From Cenococcum geophilum (lineage: Eukaryota): a stretch of DNA of 64,000 nt. The DNA is taken from positions 14,322,001 through 14,386,000 of the forward strand of contig CP158635.1 of assembly GCA_050273025.1 (NCBI GenBank). The letters run 5' to 3'. Below the pieces are notes generated by a model. That model made no database searches. It saw nothing but the letters and a program-made list of their open reading frames with translations, and was not told where the DNA came from. Below, in pieces: positions 49,906-63,492 of the stretch (its first letter is position 1; each line of letters begins with the position of its first letter). Position numbers and translations under genes: made by a program.

Positions 49906-52900
49906 ATGGGTCCACCATCGCGACCTGATCACCACATCAACCTCAACTACCTCCCTCAGCTTGTCTCGCAGCCGCCTCGTTCCGGCTCCTCAACAGCTGC
50001 AACATCACCAATCGAGCCGCCTTCCAGTAGCTCTGTCCGATTTCCCTTAGGAAGCGGTAATAACCCGAATGGACTCGGAAACGCCGCTGCAGGTGTACGT
50101 TTAGGAGCTGGTTCACCTTCGCATGAATTTGGGAGCAGACTGTACTCAAAACGGTTCGTCGCATGATGAAACAGAAATTTGATAGGATATTAATTGACAG
50201 TGTAAATTAGCGCCCGAGAGATCCAAGCGCAAGAGGGTCTTGGTCCACAACTCTGGGGACCTCCGACAAGCGGCAACTCCACCCCTCTTCGCGAAACCAT
50301 CCCAGAGTCGCCAAATGCCGACAGCTTTCCTGACTTTAATCAACCTGTCGCCGAGCCCACAACTACCCAAACTTCCACTCGGAGAGCTCGAGCTGGGACC
50401 TTACCTTCACGATTCTCTCCTGCTGGAGCACCTACTGGACTCATGCCGCAGTCTTCGCTTCTTCCTAAGACATCCCGTCCCACTCCATCCACAAGTCCAT
50501 TCAAACCAGGACCCGGCACTCCGACCGAAAGCTCTGCATTCGGATCTAACAATTCAGCAGCCGCAAAATCAGCTCTCCTTTCGCGGCTCAGGGCAGGCTC
50601 GATGCCACAACGTGCAACCCTCCTCCCTACTACATCGTCTCCGTTCGGTTCCTCTATCTTCTCGTCAAACTGGGCAAGCAGTCGAGACCGAACCAGTACT
50701 TTGCACAGCATTCAATCGTCCAATGGACCGACTTCTCCGGCCCATTCCTCATTTTCTCGGGATTCGCTTGCTGACACGGATGTGAAAACTCTTGATTACC
50801 TTGGTCTCGTGGACACACCTCAGCCCTCCCGGGCTACACTAGCACCTTCCGATATTGAATTACTTTTAGAAGGTCAAAGAAATGCTTTTAATCAGAACGA
50901 TCTCGCCGCTTTGACTCGAAACGCCAACCGATTCCGATCATATTCAGTTAACGCCAAAGAGAAGTATGCTGAAGACGACGATGAGTTGGACCAAATGGGC
51001 GGCTATGCTAGCAATTATAGCGGAACTTTAACCCCTTCCGCCGACGCCGCTGCGTATGCTATCCACGAGGCAGTCAGACAGCACAACCTTGAGGTTCAGG
51101 CTTTCGCAAACTTTGCCAGTGCCAGCCGTCCTCGAGCTAGAACAGCGGGAGTTCTCGACTCTCCATCAACAAGACTTATGCGAAACTATCTACCTACCTC
51201 TTCTAGACTTGATAGCAGTATTACGGCTTCGGAGTTGCCACTGAATGAGGAGGCCGAATACAATGGCCTTGCAGAGGCTGTGCAAGGCATGCAACTTAAT
51301 GGAAAGCCCAGCACCAACATGGGAGGTGATGACAACAACTTGGAGGGCCCAACAAGGGCTTTATGGCTTGGAAACATTCCTTCGTCTACTACGGTCTCGT
51401 CACTAAATGTTATTTTCAACACTTTCGGTTCAATTGAGTCTACCAGAGTTCTGACTCATAAGAACTGCGGATTTGTCAACTTTGAGAACCTGGACAGCGC
51501 CGTGCAGGCAAAATCTCAGCTGAACGGCAAGGAGATCTTTCCTGGAGCCGGCCCCGTACGGATAGGATATGCCAAGGTACCAAGTGCGTCGGCGACTCCC
51601 GGAAATAACGGTCTTTTCCCCTCACCAAGCCCTGACCCTCTTGCTAAAGGCCAAACGGAAGGAAGTGCAGCAAGTCTAAGTAACGGTAATCCTCGTCAAG
51701 CAAACGGAGCGCGAGCAGAAACAGCAACTGTGCCACTGAAGACCCCGGAGCTCCCGGACATTCGCGGAGACATTGTGCAGATTGTCAAAGATCTTGGTGC
51801 AAGTGACGAAGAGCAGATGAGAATTGCTACGCAAGTTGAGCAAGCTATTCAGAATGATAACTACGAGGATGAGATTCCTTCCATCGAAGAACCAAGCCAC
51901 AGCCGTGTCCACGATGCACCAAGATTGAGGGAAATCCGTAAGAGGATTGACAACAACTCTTGCTCGCAGGCTGAAATTGAGGACATTGCTATGAACATGC
52001 TACCGGAGATCGCTGAGCTTTCTTCGGACTACCTTGGAAATACCGTCGTTCAGAAACTGTTCGAATACTGCTCAGAGAGCGTTAAGGAGGCCATGCTTGC
52101 AGAGATTGCTCCTCACCTTGCCAAGATTGGTGTCCACAAGAACGGAACTTGGGCCGCCCAGAAAATAATCGACGTTGCTAGGTCGCCGGCCTTGATGAGC
52201 ATGGTTGTTAATAGTCTTCGACCATACGGTATGCCTCTGTTCCTTGACCAATTCGGGAACTATGTCATGCAAGGATGTTTGAGATATCAATTTCCGCTGA
52301 ACAACTTCATCTTCGAGGTCATGCTTAGTCGTCTCTGGGACCTTGCTCAAGGAAGATTCGGTGCAAGAGCTATGCGAGCTTGCTTAGAGAGTCACTACGC
52401 TACCAAAGACCAGCAGCGCATGGTTGCTGCAACGATTGCTCTCCACAGTGTCCAGCTAGCCACTAATGCTAACGGTGCGCTGTTACTCACCTGGTTCCTT
52501 GATACCTGCACTTTCCCGCGTAGACGCACGGTTTTGGCACCTCGCCTTGTTCCTCATCTAGTCCACTTATGTACGCATAAGGTTGCATATCTGACCGTTC
52601 TCAAAATCATTAATCAGCGAAATGAACCAGAAGCACGCGACACAATCCTACAGGCTCTATTCTTCTCACCGAACGACCAAGTTCTCGAAGACATCCTCAG
52701 CGACCAGAGCTGTGGAGCCACCCTTATCTTTAAGGTCCTGACTACTCCATTTTTCGATGAGAAGATCCGAGCCGATGTTGTTCAGAATGTCAGAAATGTG
52801 TTGCTTCGCATCAAAGCCCAGCCAGCTCAGGGATACAAACGCCTGATGGATGAAGTTAATCTTTCAACTCGCGGCGGCGGACCTGTCGCGCGGGAGAACC

Positions 52901-53517
52901 ATCGCGAGCCTTCTGAAGGTTCTCGACCTGGATCAAAGCAAAGCCCAGCGAGCGGTCAGCAAGCGCATAACAATATGGAAAATCAGATTAATAGACAATT
53001 CTACCAAGGCATTCCACCGCCTGCTTTCGATCCAATGGCTCTACAGCGTACTGGCAGCATGGATTCTAACGGCTTCGACCAATATCCGCTCAATGGCATC
53101 AACCAACCTGTTTTCCCGCAAAACTCGAACATGCCGCTAGCAGCAATGGCATCCCAGCAAGCTCAATTACAGTATCACCAAGCTGCTCTTGCTGCATCGA
53201 GACCTAACAATTTCTATCCACTTATGAACGGTTTTCAAAACGCAGCCCCGGCTCTGGATGCGTTCAGGAACGTCTCACCCATAGCAGCGCCGGGCATGAC
53301 AGGCTCGCCGATGCTGCAGCAAGCTGGCTTCGGGCAAGGGATTGGGCCAGTTATGAGCCCACAAATTTATCCATATGGAATGTATATGCCACAACAACAA
53401 CAGCAGATAGCAGCGGGCCAACGGAGAGGAAGGGTCAGTACAGTGTTTCATACTACCACATATAACGTCAGGTGGACGGCCGAGAATTTAGCGGAGCTAA
53501 CCGAGAAATAGAGATAA
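49906..53517 (+). CDS. RRM + Pumilio-repeat RNA-binding protein (Jsn1/Puf2-like)
   Basis: KR|AREIQAQEG N-terminus, RRM (RALWLGNI...CGFVNF), PUF repeats (SDYLGNTVVQK, HKNGTWAAQK, DQFGNYVMQ); tiny last exon AGA TAA at 53512-53517. Confidence 0.92.
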
Positions 53518-55514
53518 ATCCTCTGAAAATGTTAGAAACGACGAATTTACACTCGCTTCTATTGTAAACTCTTGACTTTACACCTACAATTTCCTCGTTC
53601 GACTTTGAGCGATCACAAAGACCATTTTCCTGAGGCGTTTCTGGTTTGTGCTGGGGTCAAGACTATTTCAAATGTTGTAAATGATTGCTGAACTGTTATA
53701 CTCTCTGGTTGCTTATCTGCTGTTCGCACCAAACATTGTGGCTCTTCGAGGACCACTATCGCACCAAACCCATTTCCTTGCTAGTTCTAAATAGCTTGTA
53801 TCTCTGCATCTAACTCCCACCGTCCAATGTCTTCTCTCGTCAGAGTATGGCGTCGAAAAAAAGTTTGCAGGGGCACTGGTTGTCCCTGTACACCTTCAAC
53901 TACCGCAAATTTTTAAAACCTACCGCACTTTTGTATTTTTTGCTTATGTGTTTAGTCATTCGCTGCCAGCTTTCGGAGTTACTGTGAACCAGGGAGAAAG
54001 AAGGGGAGCAGGTTTGCCTTTTCATTACGATACGCCTCTCTCCTTTTCTCTCTTGCTGCCACGGCATCTTCTTTCCGCTCGTTTTCTCAACATGCACGCG
54101 CAAGGTTGGATATGGTTCGGCGCGCCCGTTCTTTTCCTCCTTACACTTCTTGTATCCTACATTTGCTCACACTCTTTTTCTCTCTGGATGGTCGGGATGA
54201 CGGGTGATTGGTATTTGGGCGGAATCACTTCAAAATGGGATTTGCCTTTGCGTCTTTGTGTTTGCTTTCGCGCTTTTTGAGCTAGGGGCAAATTTGGGGG
54301 AAAGGGTTTCAAGAGCGGGTTGGAGGATTTAGGCAAGTGGGAAGGGCGGAGAGTGAAGGGTAGGATATTAAGGTAGGATGGGTTTAGATTCTTTTGGGAA
54401 TTCGAGAAAAATTCAATTGAATTGTATTTTCTGGGTTTTAATGGGTTTTGGTGTTGTGAATGTGGTTTGCTGCAGTTTGGCATTGCATTAGCAAGTTCTC
54501 GCAAGCCTGTCACATCACTCGCTGCTGCAAGCCTTTCATGTTGGGTTTGGTATGTCGTCATTTTAAGACCCGAGCAGGTTCATATACTCAGCTGACCAGC
54601 TGGCTTCTCAGGGCTTGACAGTATGCTAGAATTCTGAGCCGTCAACCTCCACCCACTGATAAAGCGGCAAGAGGCCCGCATGGCCCGTCCTGGAAAGATT
54701 TTGTCACTGCTAGTTCGCCGCTATATGCCTTGGAATATTAGCAAGAACTTAGTGATCATCGTTATTAAATATTGGAGATCATCTTGTCATGGCGTTGGGA
54801 TAGTTGATAAGCGTTAGTTATTGTCATTACACGGTCCGCGGCGGGACTCCAGTACGCCATTCCCAAGCCGCGAGAAGGGCTCAATGCACACGAGCTTACT
54901 ATCTTAAAACCAGAGGGTCATGCTTGATAAAATTAGTCAATTTTATGAGAAGTACGATATCCTCAACCCCAGAGAGTAGTCTTGAAGACTCAAAGCCTAC
55001 CGGTGCCTAGAAAATTGCAGCTGTAAGGGCTAACTGATTGGTCTACATCATCTAGTTTATACACCCAGCTGCACTGCATATTAGCCGTGCCTCTATTAGA
55101 GCCTATATGTTGTGCGCAAATGCATTGGTATCTCACAGAAATGTGCAGCCGTGACCCCGTCCCACCGTGTCTACTGACTCCCACCCCGCGACCGAATATG
55201 AGCATGATAAACCAACGAGTCCCACGATCGATAAAAGTTGGTCATCAAAAAGGCTTTGGCCTCTTGCCAAAATTACCAAAGGAAATTTATAAATGAAGAG
55301 TATCTGCGCGTTAAAATTAAGATTATGTGCCCAGAGATGAGGAGCTAAGCGTCCAGCTTTTGTCTATGGTATGATGCATTTGGCGAGAGAAGGTCACTTC
55401 TCATCGTCTGGATGGGAACGAGATACGCCATTGTCCTGTTAGGGCCCTGCTTGGTGGATATTGAACCATGGCTCGATGGCTCGTTCAAACAAACGGTTCA
55501 TCTATAATGGCAGG

Positions 55515-58500
55515 CTACTCCCTGGCTGAAACTGCACTCTGCCTTGCAGTAGTAGCGACAAGAGTGTCAGCAGAGTCTGTCGGATGCATTGACGACACTG
55601 AAAGGCCAGAGTAGCGGGTATAGTCGATTTCTTCGGACTCATCGAACTCTTCTACGAAACTGCCGAGCAACATCTTGTTGACATTGCCGGATGCTGGCTC
55701 GGTATCGACTATGTCGCTATAATCTCTGCTTAACTAAAGAGTGTCATTAGATTAAGTAAACGATGATGCTTACGGGATGCCCTCAAACTTTAACTCATCG
55801 TCCAATCGCCGGAGTCTGTAAGTGGCATCTACGTCGTACCCGAACTGGATGAACTCGATGCTCACTGGCCGAGGCTCGCTGTTTCTGAGGAATTTTTGAA
55901 CATCTTTTCCGAACTTCACAATTATTTTCTCAACGTCACGCTTATTTTTCATTCCCGCCCAAACACCGTCAGTAAGAACAATGATAGTGAGCTTCTTAGG
56001 CGATCCCTTAGACCGGTTCCGCTTTATTTCTTCAACCTGAGCGGATAATATCCTGTCAAGTGGTTTTTGCATATCAGTATGCATGCCGTCCTTAGGTTGA
56101 ACTTCAGAATTCTCCATAGCACGCCAAAAGTCAGAGCCAGTCTTTTTGTTGTTGAGTTCTGATCGCCCAATGGTAAAACTAAGATCCATCCCGTTCTCGT
56201 CTTGGCCAGCAGCTTTCATTACGAGAGTCTCGAGAAGATAACTTGCATGATACCAATGGGGTCTCATCGTTTCGGCATTGTCAACGAGGAATTTCTTTGG
56301 CGGATTAGTAAGACCACAAACATATCACTTAAAGCACTGAACTCACAAGATCCCTTTTTCCATCGGAAAAATATTGAGTGAGTAATTTATCTTTCCTCGT
56401 TCGTTTCAGAATGTTGCCCTTCTCACGCCTCCTAATTTCTTCGCGTGCCTGCCAGACGTCCTGCACGTCAGTTTTTCTTTGTGTCCTGTGTATAGGGTGT
56501 GTGAAACTGATAGCAGAATCACGTTGTCGGGTAGTGCTAGTAGATTTCAGTGCAGATTTAAGATACTCAGAGCGATGAGTTGTCTTCATCAGTGGAAGAT
56601 TAAGGAGCTTCGATTTGCGGCTTTTTCCTCCCTGAGTGGCAATGGGTGATTGACTTGCGCTCGAACGTCTACGTGAGTTGGTTTCCGGAGCCTTCCAAGG
56701 AGCTTCCTCAGCCTTCCAAGGAGCCTCCTCATCCACTTCAAGTAACGCTTGCATGATGCTTTCCGAGAGTGGTCTGTGAGATGTTGCTCCAGCACGAGTA
56801 TCGTCTGAGATCCTCATCAACTCGTTGCAGAGACTTTTAGAGTTGATTCTTTCCCGCGGGTCTTCCAATAGCATCTTTCCATCAACTAGATCAAGCACCC
56901 GATTGGTAATTGTGTCTGTTATGCGTAAAGAACCACGCAACATCTTGTGCCAGCCAATCACATCCTCTAGAACCCTTTTTCCATTATGGAAGTAGTCGCC
57001 TTGAGTGAGAACCGGAGGAGTTTGATTCTTTGCAATGATTTTCTCGATTGCAATTTCTCGCATTCTACGATACTGACGTATGCCCTGATATCCTAGGACT
57101 ACCCATGTGGCAGCTATTGAGAGTACGCAGCCCAGTGACCAGATGTCGATAGTTTGACGGACAGCGACCTTGGTTTCTATTGTCCCGGGGTGGCGTTCGG
57201 GAGCGCCTGATCAGGAATAAGTCAACCTTGAATTATGTGCTGATATAGGAGAGTAGCATGGTGGGTTACCAAACGTCTCCGTCCCTCCATCCAAATGCAC
57301 TATTGGGTCTTTGTCTGTTTTTTTTATGAATTTGGCAAACCCAGGATCGCACAATTTGAATTTCCCTTGTACGCTGAGAATATTGTCCGGCTTGATGTCG
57401 GCGTGCCACCTGTATTTGTTAGATATATAGCCAAAAAGTATGCACGGCTCCATACCCATGATATTCCCGAGTCATCCCATCTGTAGTGATTGTTAGGTTA
57501 TGGATGCCATCAACTGCATTTGCGACCTGAAACAAAGCCGTCCAAAAATCTTCAACTTCGTTTCGAAGTACCGGTGGCAGTCGTTCCGCAAAAAACTCAT
57601 CGAGATCGAATTCTCCAAATTCGAGGAGAATATTTAGCGTGGTCTTACAAGAATCCTTTGGTTCCTCTGCTGCTCTAACCCCTGGCTCCTGGCGGGTTGA
57701 AGATGTCGTAATCTCTGGATGTTCGTAATCACCCAAGTATCTCACCATGCCGTTATGCTCTCGCAAACCAGAGAATGCTACCCTCTCGTTCCTGTACAAA
57801 TTCGTGTTGATCGCTTCAAAAGTCTTCAAAGCAAATTGATAGCACTATTGGGGTATATCGGGAATGTCAGTGTCTATGTCATGATGAGGAAGGGTGCGAG
57901 ATAAGGAGATTTAGGACGGGGCTGAGCTTGCTGGCCGAGGACTTACATCACCGAAATTTTCATCTGAGAACTTTGCGCTCAGTGCTGCGTTCCTTAGCTT
58001 AGGGCCAACAAACTCCTCCTGAACTTTTATCTGCCACAGCTTTGCTGTACCTCCTTTAGTATTGATCTCGTCTTTCCCGCAAATTGGCATGACCCTATCT
58101 CTGCCAAACTCCCGGGACATACCCAGCTCGAGAATTGCTGGGCAAAAGCGCCACTGCATCTCATCAAATCTCATCGCCAGTTTGGGTGCGTTGGATACAG
58201 AAACATTCTTGAATTTTTGCTGAAGTAATGATCGGTTGATTGGGAGATGCACATCGAATTGGCCCCATCGCTGGAAGTGATCAACGAGATGGCCTAGGTC
58301 AAGCTTAAGTAAGATGCTGAAAATAATAAGGCAACAATTTTTCTCTGACTGTATTTGATGAGCTTCAGGGGGTAAGAATATAATTTTAGGTTGGTTGCGG
58401 TAATATGCGGCCCATAGAAGGATATTTGCTTGGGTTATTTCAGTTTCTGGTCTTTTGCTTTTGAGCCAATTCGTGAGCTGCCAGACGAGGACATAAAGCC

Positions 58501-58594
58501 GGCCACACTGTGCCTGCATTGTGTACTGTTCCAGCTTTGTCTTGAAATCGCGAATGGCAGATTCATATTGAACTTGAGGGTGAGTGAGAGACAT
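55515..58594 (-). CDS. Ser/Thr kinase-like domain fused to C-terminal vWA domain, 6 exons
   Basis: TKGGTAKLW, FALKTF, WHADIKPDNIL, KLCDPGFA, GGTETFG|APE, DIWSLGCV; vWA FLVDNAETM, LTIIVLTDG, SIEFIQFG, DIVDTE; canonical GT-AG introns and no stops seen. Confidence 0.85.
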
Positions 58595-59431
58595 AACGAG
58601 GAGATATGCATGGGTGTTGAAGCCTTTTCACGATGAGGCTCAGCTTTGTGGGTGATGGTCGCTGGGCTGAGCGGGGAAGGTTGATAATGAACCCTGGCTC
58701 AGGGTCTGCCATTCCTGTCGCCAATCCAGACCCCTGGGTTGCTCTGCTGATCAATCTGGGGTTTTAGAGCCGCTCATAGTAAACATCGCAGATCGCACAA
58801 TTTTATATCGGTCTTATAAAAGAAGCTGCAGTTCCTACCTTGCAATTCTTAAGCTATATTCCCGGTCTAGTAGGAAGATAAAGTTGAGATCTTTTACATC
58901 AGGGTCGGTGTTCCGCTTAAAAGCTTACCTTGGAACTAATGTTAGGGCATTGGCTTTTACGAACCTCAGTGTTCAGGCCGTCGGCGGGGAAGATATATCT
59001 CCGAGCATACCGTCAATTAGCGATTGTCTATTCAACACTCCTGAATTATTGTGTCTTGATGTCTTGAAAGCCTAGACTGTCTGAAATTGATCTGGCTCTG
59101 TGAGAGTGCTATAAGAGCGCCAAAAGGGTATGCACAAGCTGACGACATGATGTATGGAATTTATGTAGATCCATAGCCACTAAGGTCCCTTGGAATATAG
59201 AGCACCGTCTACTAAATCCACTAGTCTATTAGGACTCTTGCGAAACACCGGAATTCCGCACTATTGTCGTGAGACCTGGGCTTCTGATCGCGTAGTATCT
59301 ATACTATGGGAGGGAGGATAAGAAATGATATATATCACGACAAAATATAACGCTTGATGGGCTCGCTAGAACTTGGGTCGAATATTTATTGGATAAAATT
59401 ATATCCACTCCAGGAAAAACGTTCAATCAAT

Positions 59432-61331
59432 CTACGTTATGCTGGGCTTCGACTCTGACTCGTACCGCGGAAGTCTCTCTTCACAAGATATTTCGTGTTT
59501 GCGATTCTTATCCGCCCTTATAAACCAAATGTACCCAACACTCAGGGTCACTACGGTCAAGGGGAGGGCTACCTCCAGCCACCTTACCATTGCAATCTTA
59601 GAGAATGACCCCGTCCTGCTGTTTTGGTTCTGATATTTTACTACATCTGTGCTGAAAAATGTCTGCCGCTTATTCAGCGGGGGTTTAGGGCCGGAGTAGA
59701 AATTTGGCACTTACAGAGACAAAAGTTGCAGGAAGAAAAATCAAAGTGACTACGGTGATTATTCGCATCGCGACGGCTTCTTTCTGTGCCATGATTCCAA
59801 TATTGTGCATTTTTCGGGTAAGATCTTCCATACTTTCGGTTGCTTGACTCTGAAGGTGTTGCAGGATCTACAATAATAATCTTAGTATAAAAGATGCGTG
59901 ACTATTGTTGTAGCGTTGCAGAGGGTACGGGCTGCGTGCTTACAAGATTTTTGCGATCATCGATAATTTGTACGAGTAGTTTAGCGCGCGCTATTTGCAT
60001 TCTTGAATCATAGATCATATTATTCACTTGTGTGGCGAATTGCAGGATATCCTCCTCACAAGCCTCTTTCAGGTCGAAATTTTTGTTCTTTAGTAAGTTC
60101 TCGTAGAATTTGCGAAGAGATATGAGCACATCCATGTTAGCTTCTAAGACCATAACTACTTCATTTGTTTTGTCTTCGTAGTCTTGCACTGCCTGAAGAT
60201 CATCTGGACGGTATTCCCGTCGATGCTCGCCCATGCCACGTGGACCCCATACTGCGATATGTGTCTGAGGCAGGTTTATTAGTATTTGTATAGTCACTAA
60301 GTTTGCGCTTGGGTTTTCTTTACCTCGTTATCTACTACGTCCTCTAACCATTGGACATACCAGCGCCAGTCTTCGGTTGACCAGTGTGAGTTTAGCAGGT
60401 GCACTGCTAAGCTAGACTTAAAGCATTCTGCTGGTGTCCCGAAGGATTTGTCTTCCGGCCTCCCATCTTTACCCGTCATATCTTGAATCCGTTTCTTTAT
60501 TTCCAAATTGCCTTTCGTGACTATCCAGAGAGTTGTTCCTTCATCCACATCAAATTGATGATGGAAAGCTGCCTGCCGAATAGACCACTCTTTATTCTTC
60601 GTAGGAGTACTAGGTGAGAGGCAGCTAACAGTCTTGAGATTGTAGCAAAGCTGGAACTGCCGTCCACTTCTGCCCAAGGCAGGAACTGATTGTCTGCGAG
60701 CAGAATTACTCAACAGCGTTTGCTCGCGAAAGCCACTGAATCGCAGGTCCCGCGGCAGGTTCTGGGCACCAAAAACAGAGATGAAGTCGAGATATCCGGG
60801 CATGACTTGATGATAACTTAGAATTCGGACAAGCATCCTTCGGGTTATTTTGAGGGACGCTCGCGAGTGTGCCGCCCATAGGAAGCTGTATGATAACCTT
60901 TTGTTAGCACAACTGCTGTTCGAATTGAGATCTACCGGTTTCCCTCACATGAAGCGACATTTCGGGTCAACTTTCGTTGCTACAGATCCCGGGCTATTTG
61001 GGTCCGTGGTTGACTGATCCCCTAGCCATTCCTTCAGAGCCGCATCGCTCAATATGTTTTGTTTTTTGAAAGCTTTATAGGTAAGTAGATGGGTTGAAGT
61101 GACCAGAGGCGAGGACTTACGGGCGCCTTGACCCGTAGGTCGGAAATCCCGAAATGGAACATCTGCATCTGTATCCTTTTCTACCAATAGCTTCGGCACC
61201 GCAGTGTCAAGTCGAGATGTGTATGCCTGGAGGGCGCCGAGATATGAAGCTCGATAGACAAGATTTTGGGGGTAGGACACGCTGTTCTCGTAGGAGAACT
61301 GAAAGTCTGCGGGAAGTTGCAGAGTACCCAT
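59432..61331 (-). CDS. Fungal CorA-like protein with two C-terminal TM helices, multi-exon
   Basis: HSRASLKIT...SYHQVMPGYLDFISVFG, WSIRQAAFHHQFD, long helical stalk, then AMRIITVVTLIFLPATFVS|TFFST and WLEVALPLTVVTL. Confidence 0.8.
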
Positions 61332-61615
61332 AGTTCACCTGTGGGCTCGTGCGTAACCAAAGATGCGTGTTAGTTGTTGATTTCGTGCTGATATGGGTAC
61401 ACTGGGGAGTCGAAAGAGTACATATAATCGTGGATTTATGAGATGTAAGGCACAAGAATATTGGATTTGCCCTGCCACAACGAGGCTGTGGTAGTGTAGT
61501 AGGCTTCGATTTGAAACCCTCGCAGCCAGCAACAAGGTTACACACAACAGGAGAGTTATTCTGAATTCGACGCCTTATGTCATGGCGGATTTTATTGCAT
61601 GTCTAAAATCATTGG

Positions 61616-62151
61616 CTAATATAGTTCCGGTGAATCTGCTCGACGTGGCTGCTCATTTGGATCCTCATCTCGCTCATTCGCAATCTCGTCTCTGTCCGCC
61701 TTATATAACCACTTGGTAAGCAACACTTGGTCGTGGAAGTGCTATTGGGATATAAATGGAAATTATTGGGGCTACCTACAGATTTCAGTGACTCGGGTAT
61801 ATTAAAAATATACTTGTCTCCAATCACCTAAGCAGAAAGAAGTCGTGTCAGTCCCATGTACAAGTACAACAGATAATGCGGGTTGCAAGGTTGCTGGGTG
61901 GGGCAACATACGCGGCGCTCTTTGAAGGTATGATCCGGGAACTTTCTTTCCAGAAACGCCTTGAGTTTCTCCCACTTTAGTCTATATGTGGGATACGAAT
62001 CCTGCCTCAGAAGTTTCGGCGGCTGTTGGGATTTCTCGGCCTGAGTTTTATAATTTGTAACCTTGCGCCTCGGGTTTCCACATTTGAGCATTGAAGAATT
62101 GCGAGAACTGTTCGTCGAGACAGTATCACTTCGAGATACTGGTGAATACAT
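61616..62151 (-). CDS. Small uncharacterised protein (~125 aa), 3 exons
   Basis: Splicing at GTATGT (61911)/AG (61828) and GTAGGT/AG gives ...LKWEKLKAFLERKFPDHTFKERR|VIGDKYIFNIPESLKS|ADRDEIANER...LY*. Confidence 0.65.
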
Positions 62152-63492
62152 GGGTCCGGAGTCAATAGGCGTTGCTCTTGGGACTGGGAAGTGGGCTGCA
62201 AAGGGATGGTAAAGTTTCCGTCTCGCTTTTCAGGCTGATCGAAAAGCATTGACTCAGAATTTGAAGAGAGGACTCATAGTTCACGACTGCGTGGGAGGCC
62301 TCCTATCTTAGGCATTTGTATGGGTTCATCAGGCTGAGGGAAATAAGGCAACGGCTTCAGCCTTCTGTGCCGGTGACTCCAGCTCGGCCGAATTGATTGG
62401 CGGGGAGAGAACCTCAATGCAACATTTGGGGCGGCAGTCGTCCTGTTCATAATGTTAGCCGATCGGGCCTAATGGGAACGAATACCAAATACTCTCTAGC
62501 CTTATTCGACCTTTGTAATATTCGCCCTTGGGCGCATGTTTTAGAATACACGAGATAAAAATTTTGAGGCATGTTATACGAGGCTAAGATGCTTAGAGCA
62601 GGGCAGCTCAAACCTCTAGAGCAGATAACCTTTTTCGTTGATGTCGTGTCTAAGTATTCTATCATTCCTAAAAGAGTGTGAGGTGATAAACACTCACGCT
62701 AATTGAGTAGCGCTTAGCTTTCCGATGCCCTGAAACTTGCAAACTCATTATACTGAAGGAACGCGCGGACAGACGAAGACGGGCGAGTTTGGCCACATAT
62801 TTTCCAGTCCAGACTACCCTATTAGATTGTCATTGATGTTTGAGATCTACCTCAAGAGTTATTTGATGGATTAGGGCCACGCCGTACTTTTAAACTCTGT
62901 AAATGGCTGTCAGACAGTTTTCTTCTAGCAAAGACTACTTCAGCCGCAACTATGTCACTTTCGTTGAGCTGCCATAATTGAGTTGTTTTCGTCGACATTT
63001 ATATTCCTGTGTCCTTTCATATGAGATTAGTTCGAATATCGCGAAGGAATGTGCGGTGTTTGTGCATGGTGGAGCTGGTAAATGGATCTAGCAATGAAAT
63101 CGAGGAATTTACCAAGTCCGCCAGGGTTAGAAATATAAGGGCTAGCGCTCAGTAATGCAACCATCGGCCTGCCATAAATTGTGCCATCAACTGTAACTAT
63201 TCAAACTCCGTCAACAATAAAGGGGGAAGGGGCGAAAAGGGATGAGTAATCCCCGTCTCGTCGTGTATTTGGCCTTGCGTCAATAAAAATATTGTGAATG
63301 TAACTTTAGATCCTGGCATGAAATGAGCAGAATGGCTCCAAGTATTTCAGAATGAGAAAGGAAAGCACTGTAGTTCTGAGGTAGGTCGATATATCATTCA
63401 GAAGCTTTGCCTCGTCCATGTAAGCCTAGTCTAGCTAAAGCTTTGTGTGCTGAACAATATGCTAGAATTCAGAGAAACCAATGATGATAAGT

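Noticed and set aside
53900..55300. Short ORFs between the PUF gene and the kinase
   Set aside because: No recognisable domains or splice structure; probably 3' UTR and intergenic DNA.
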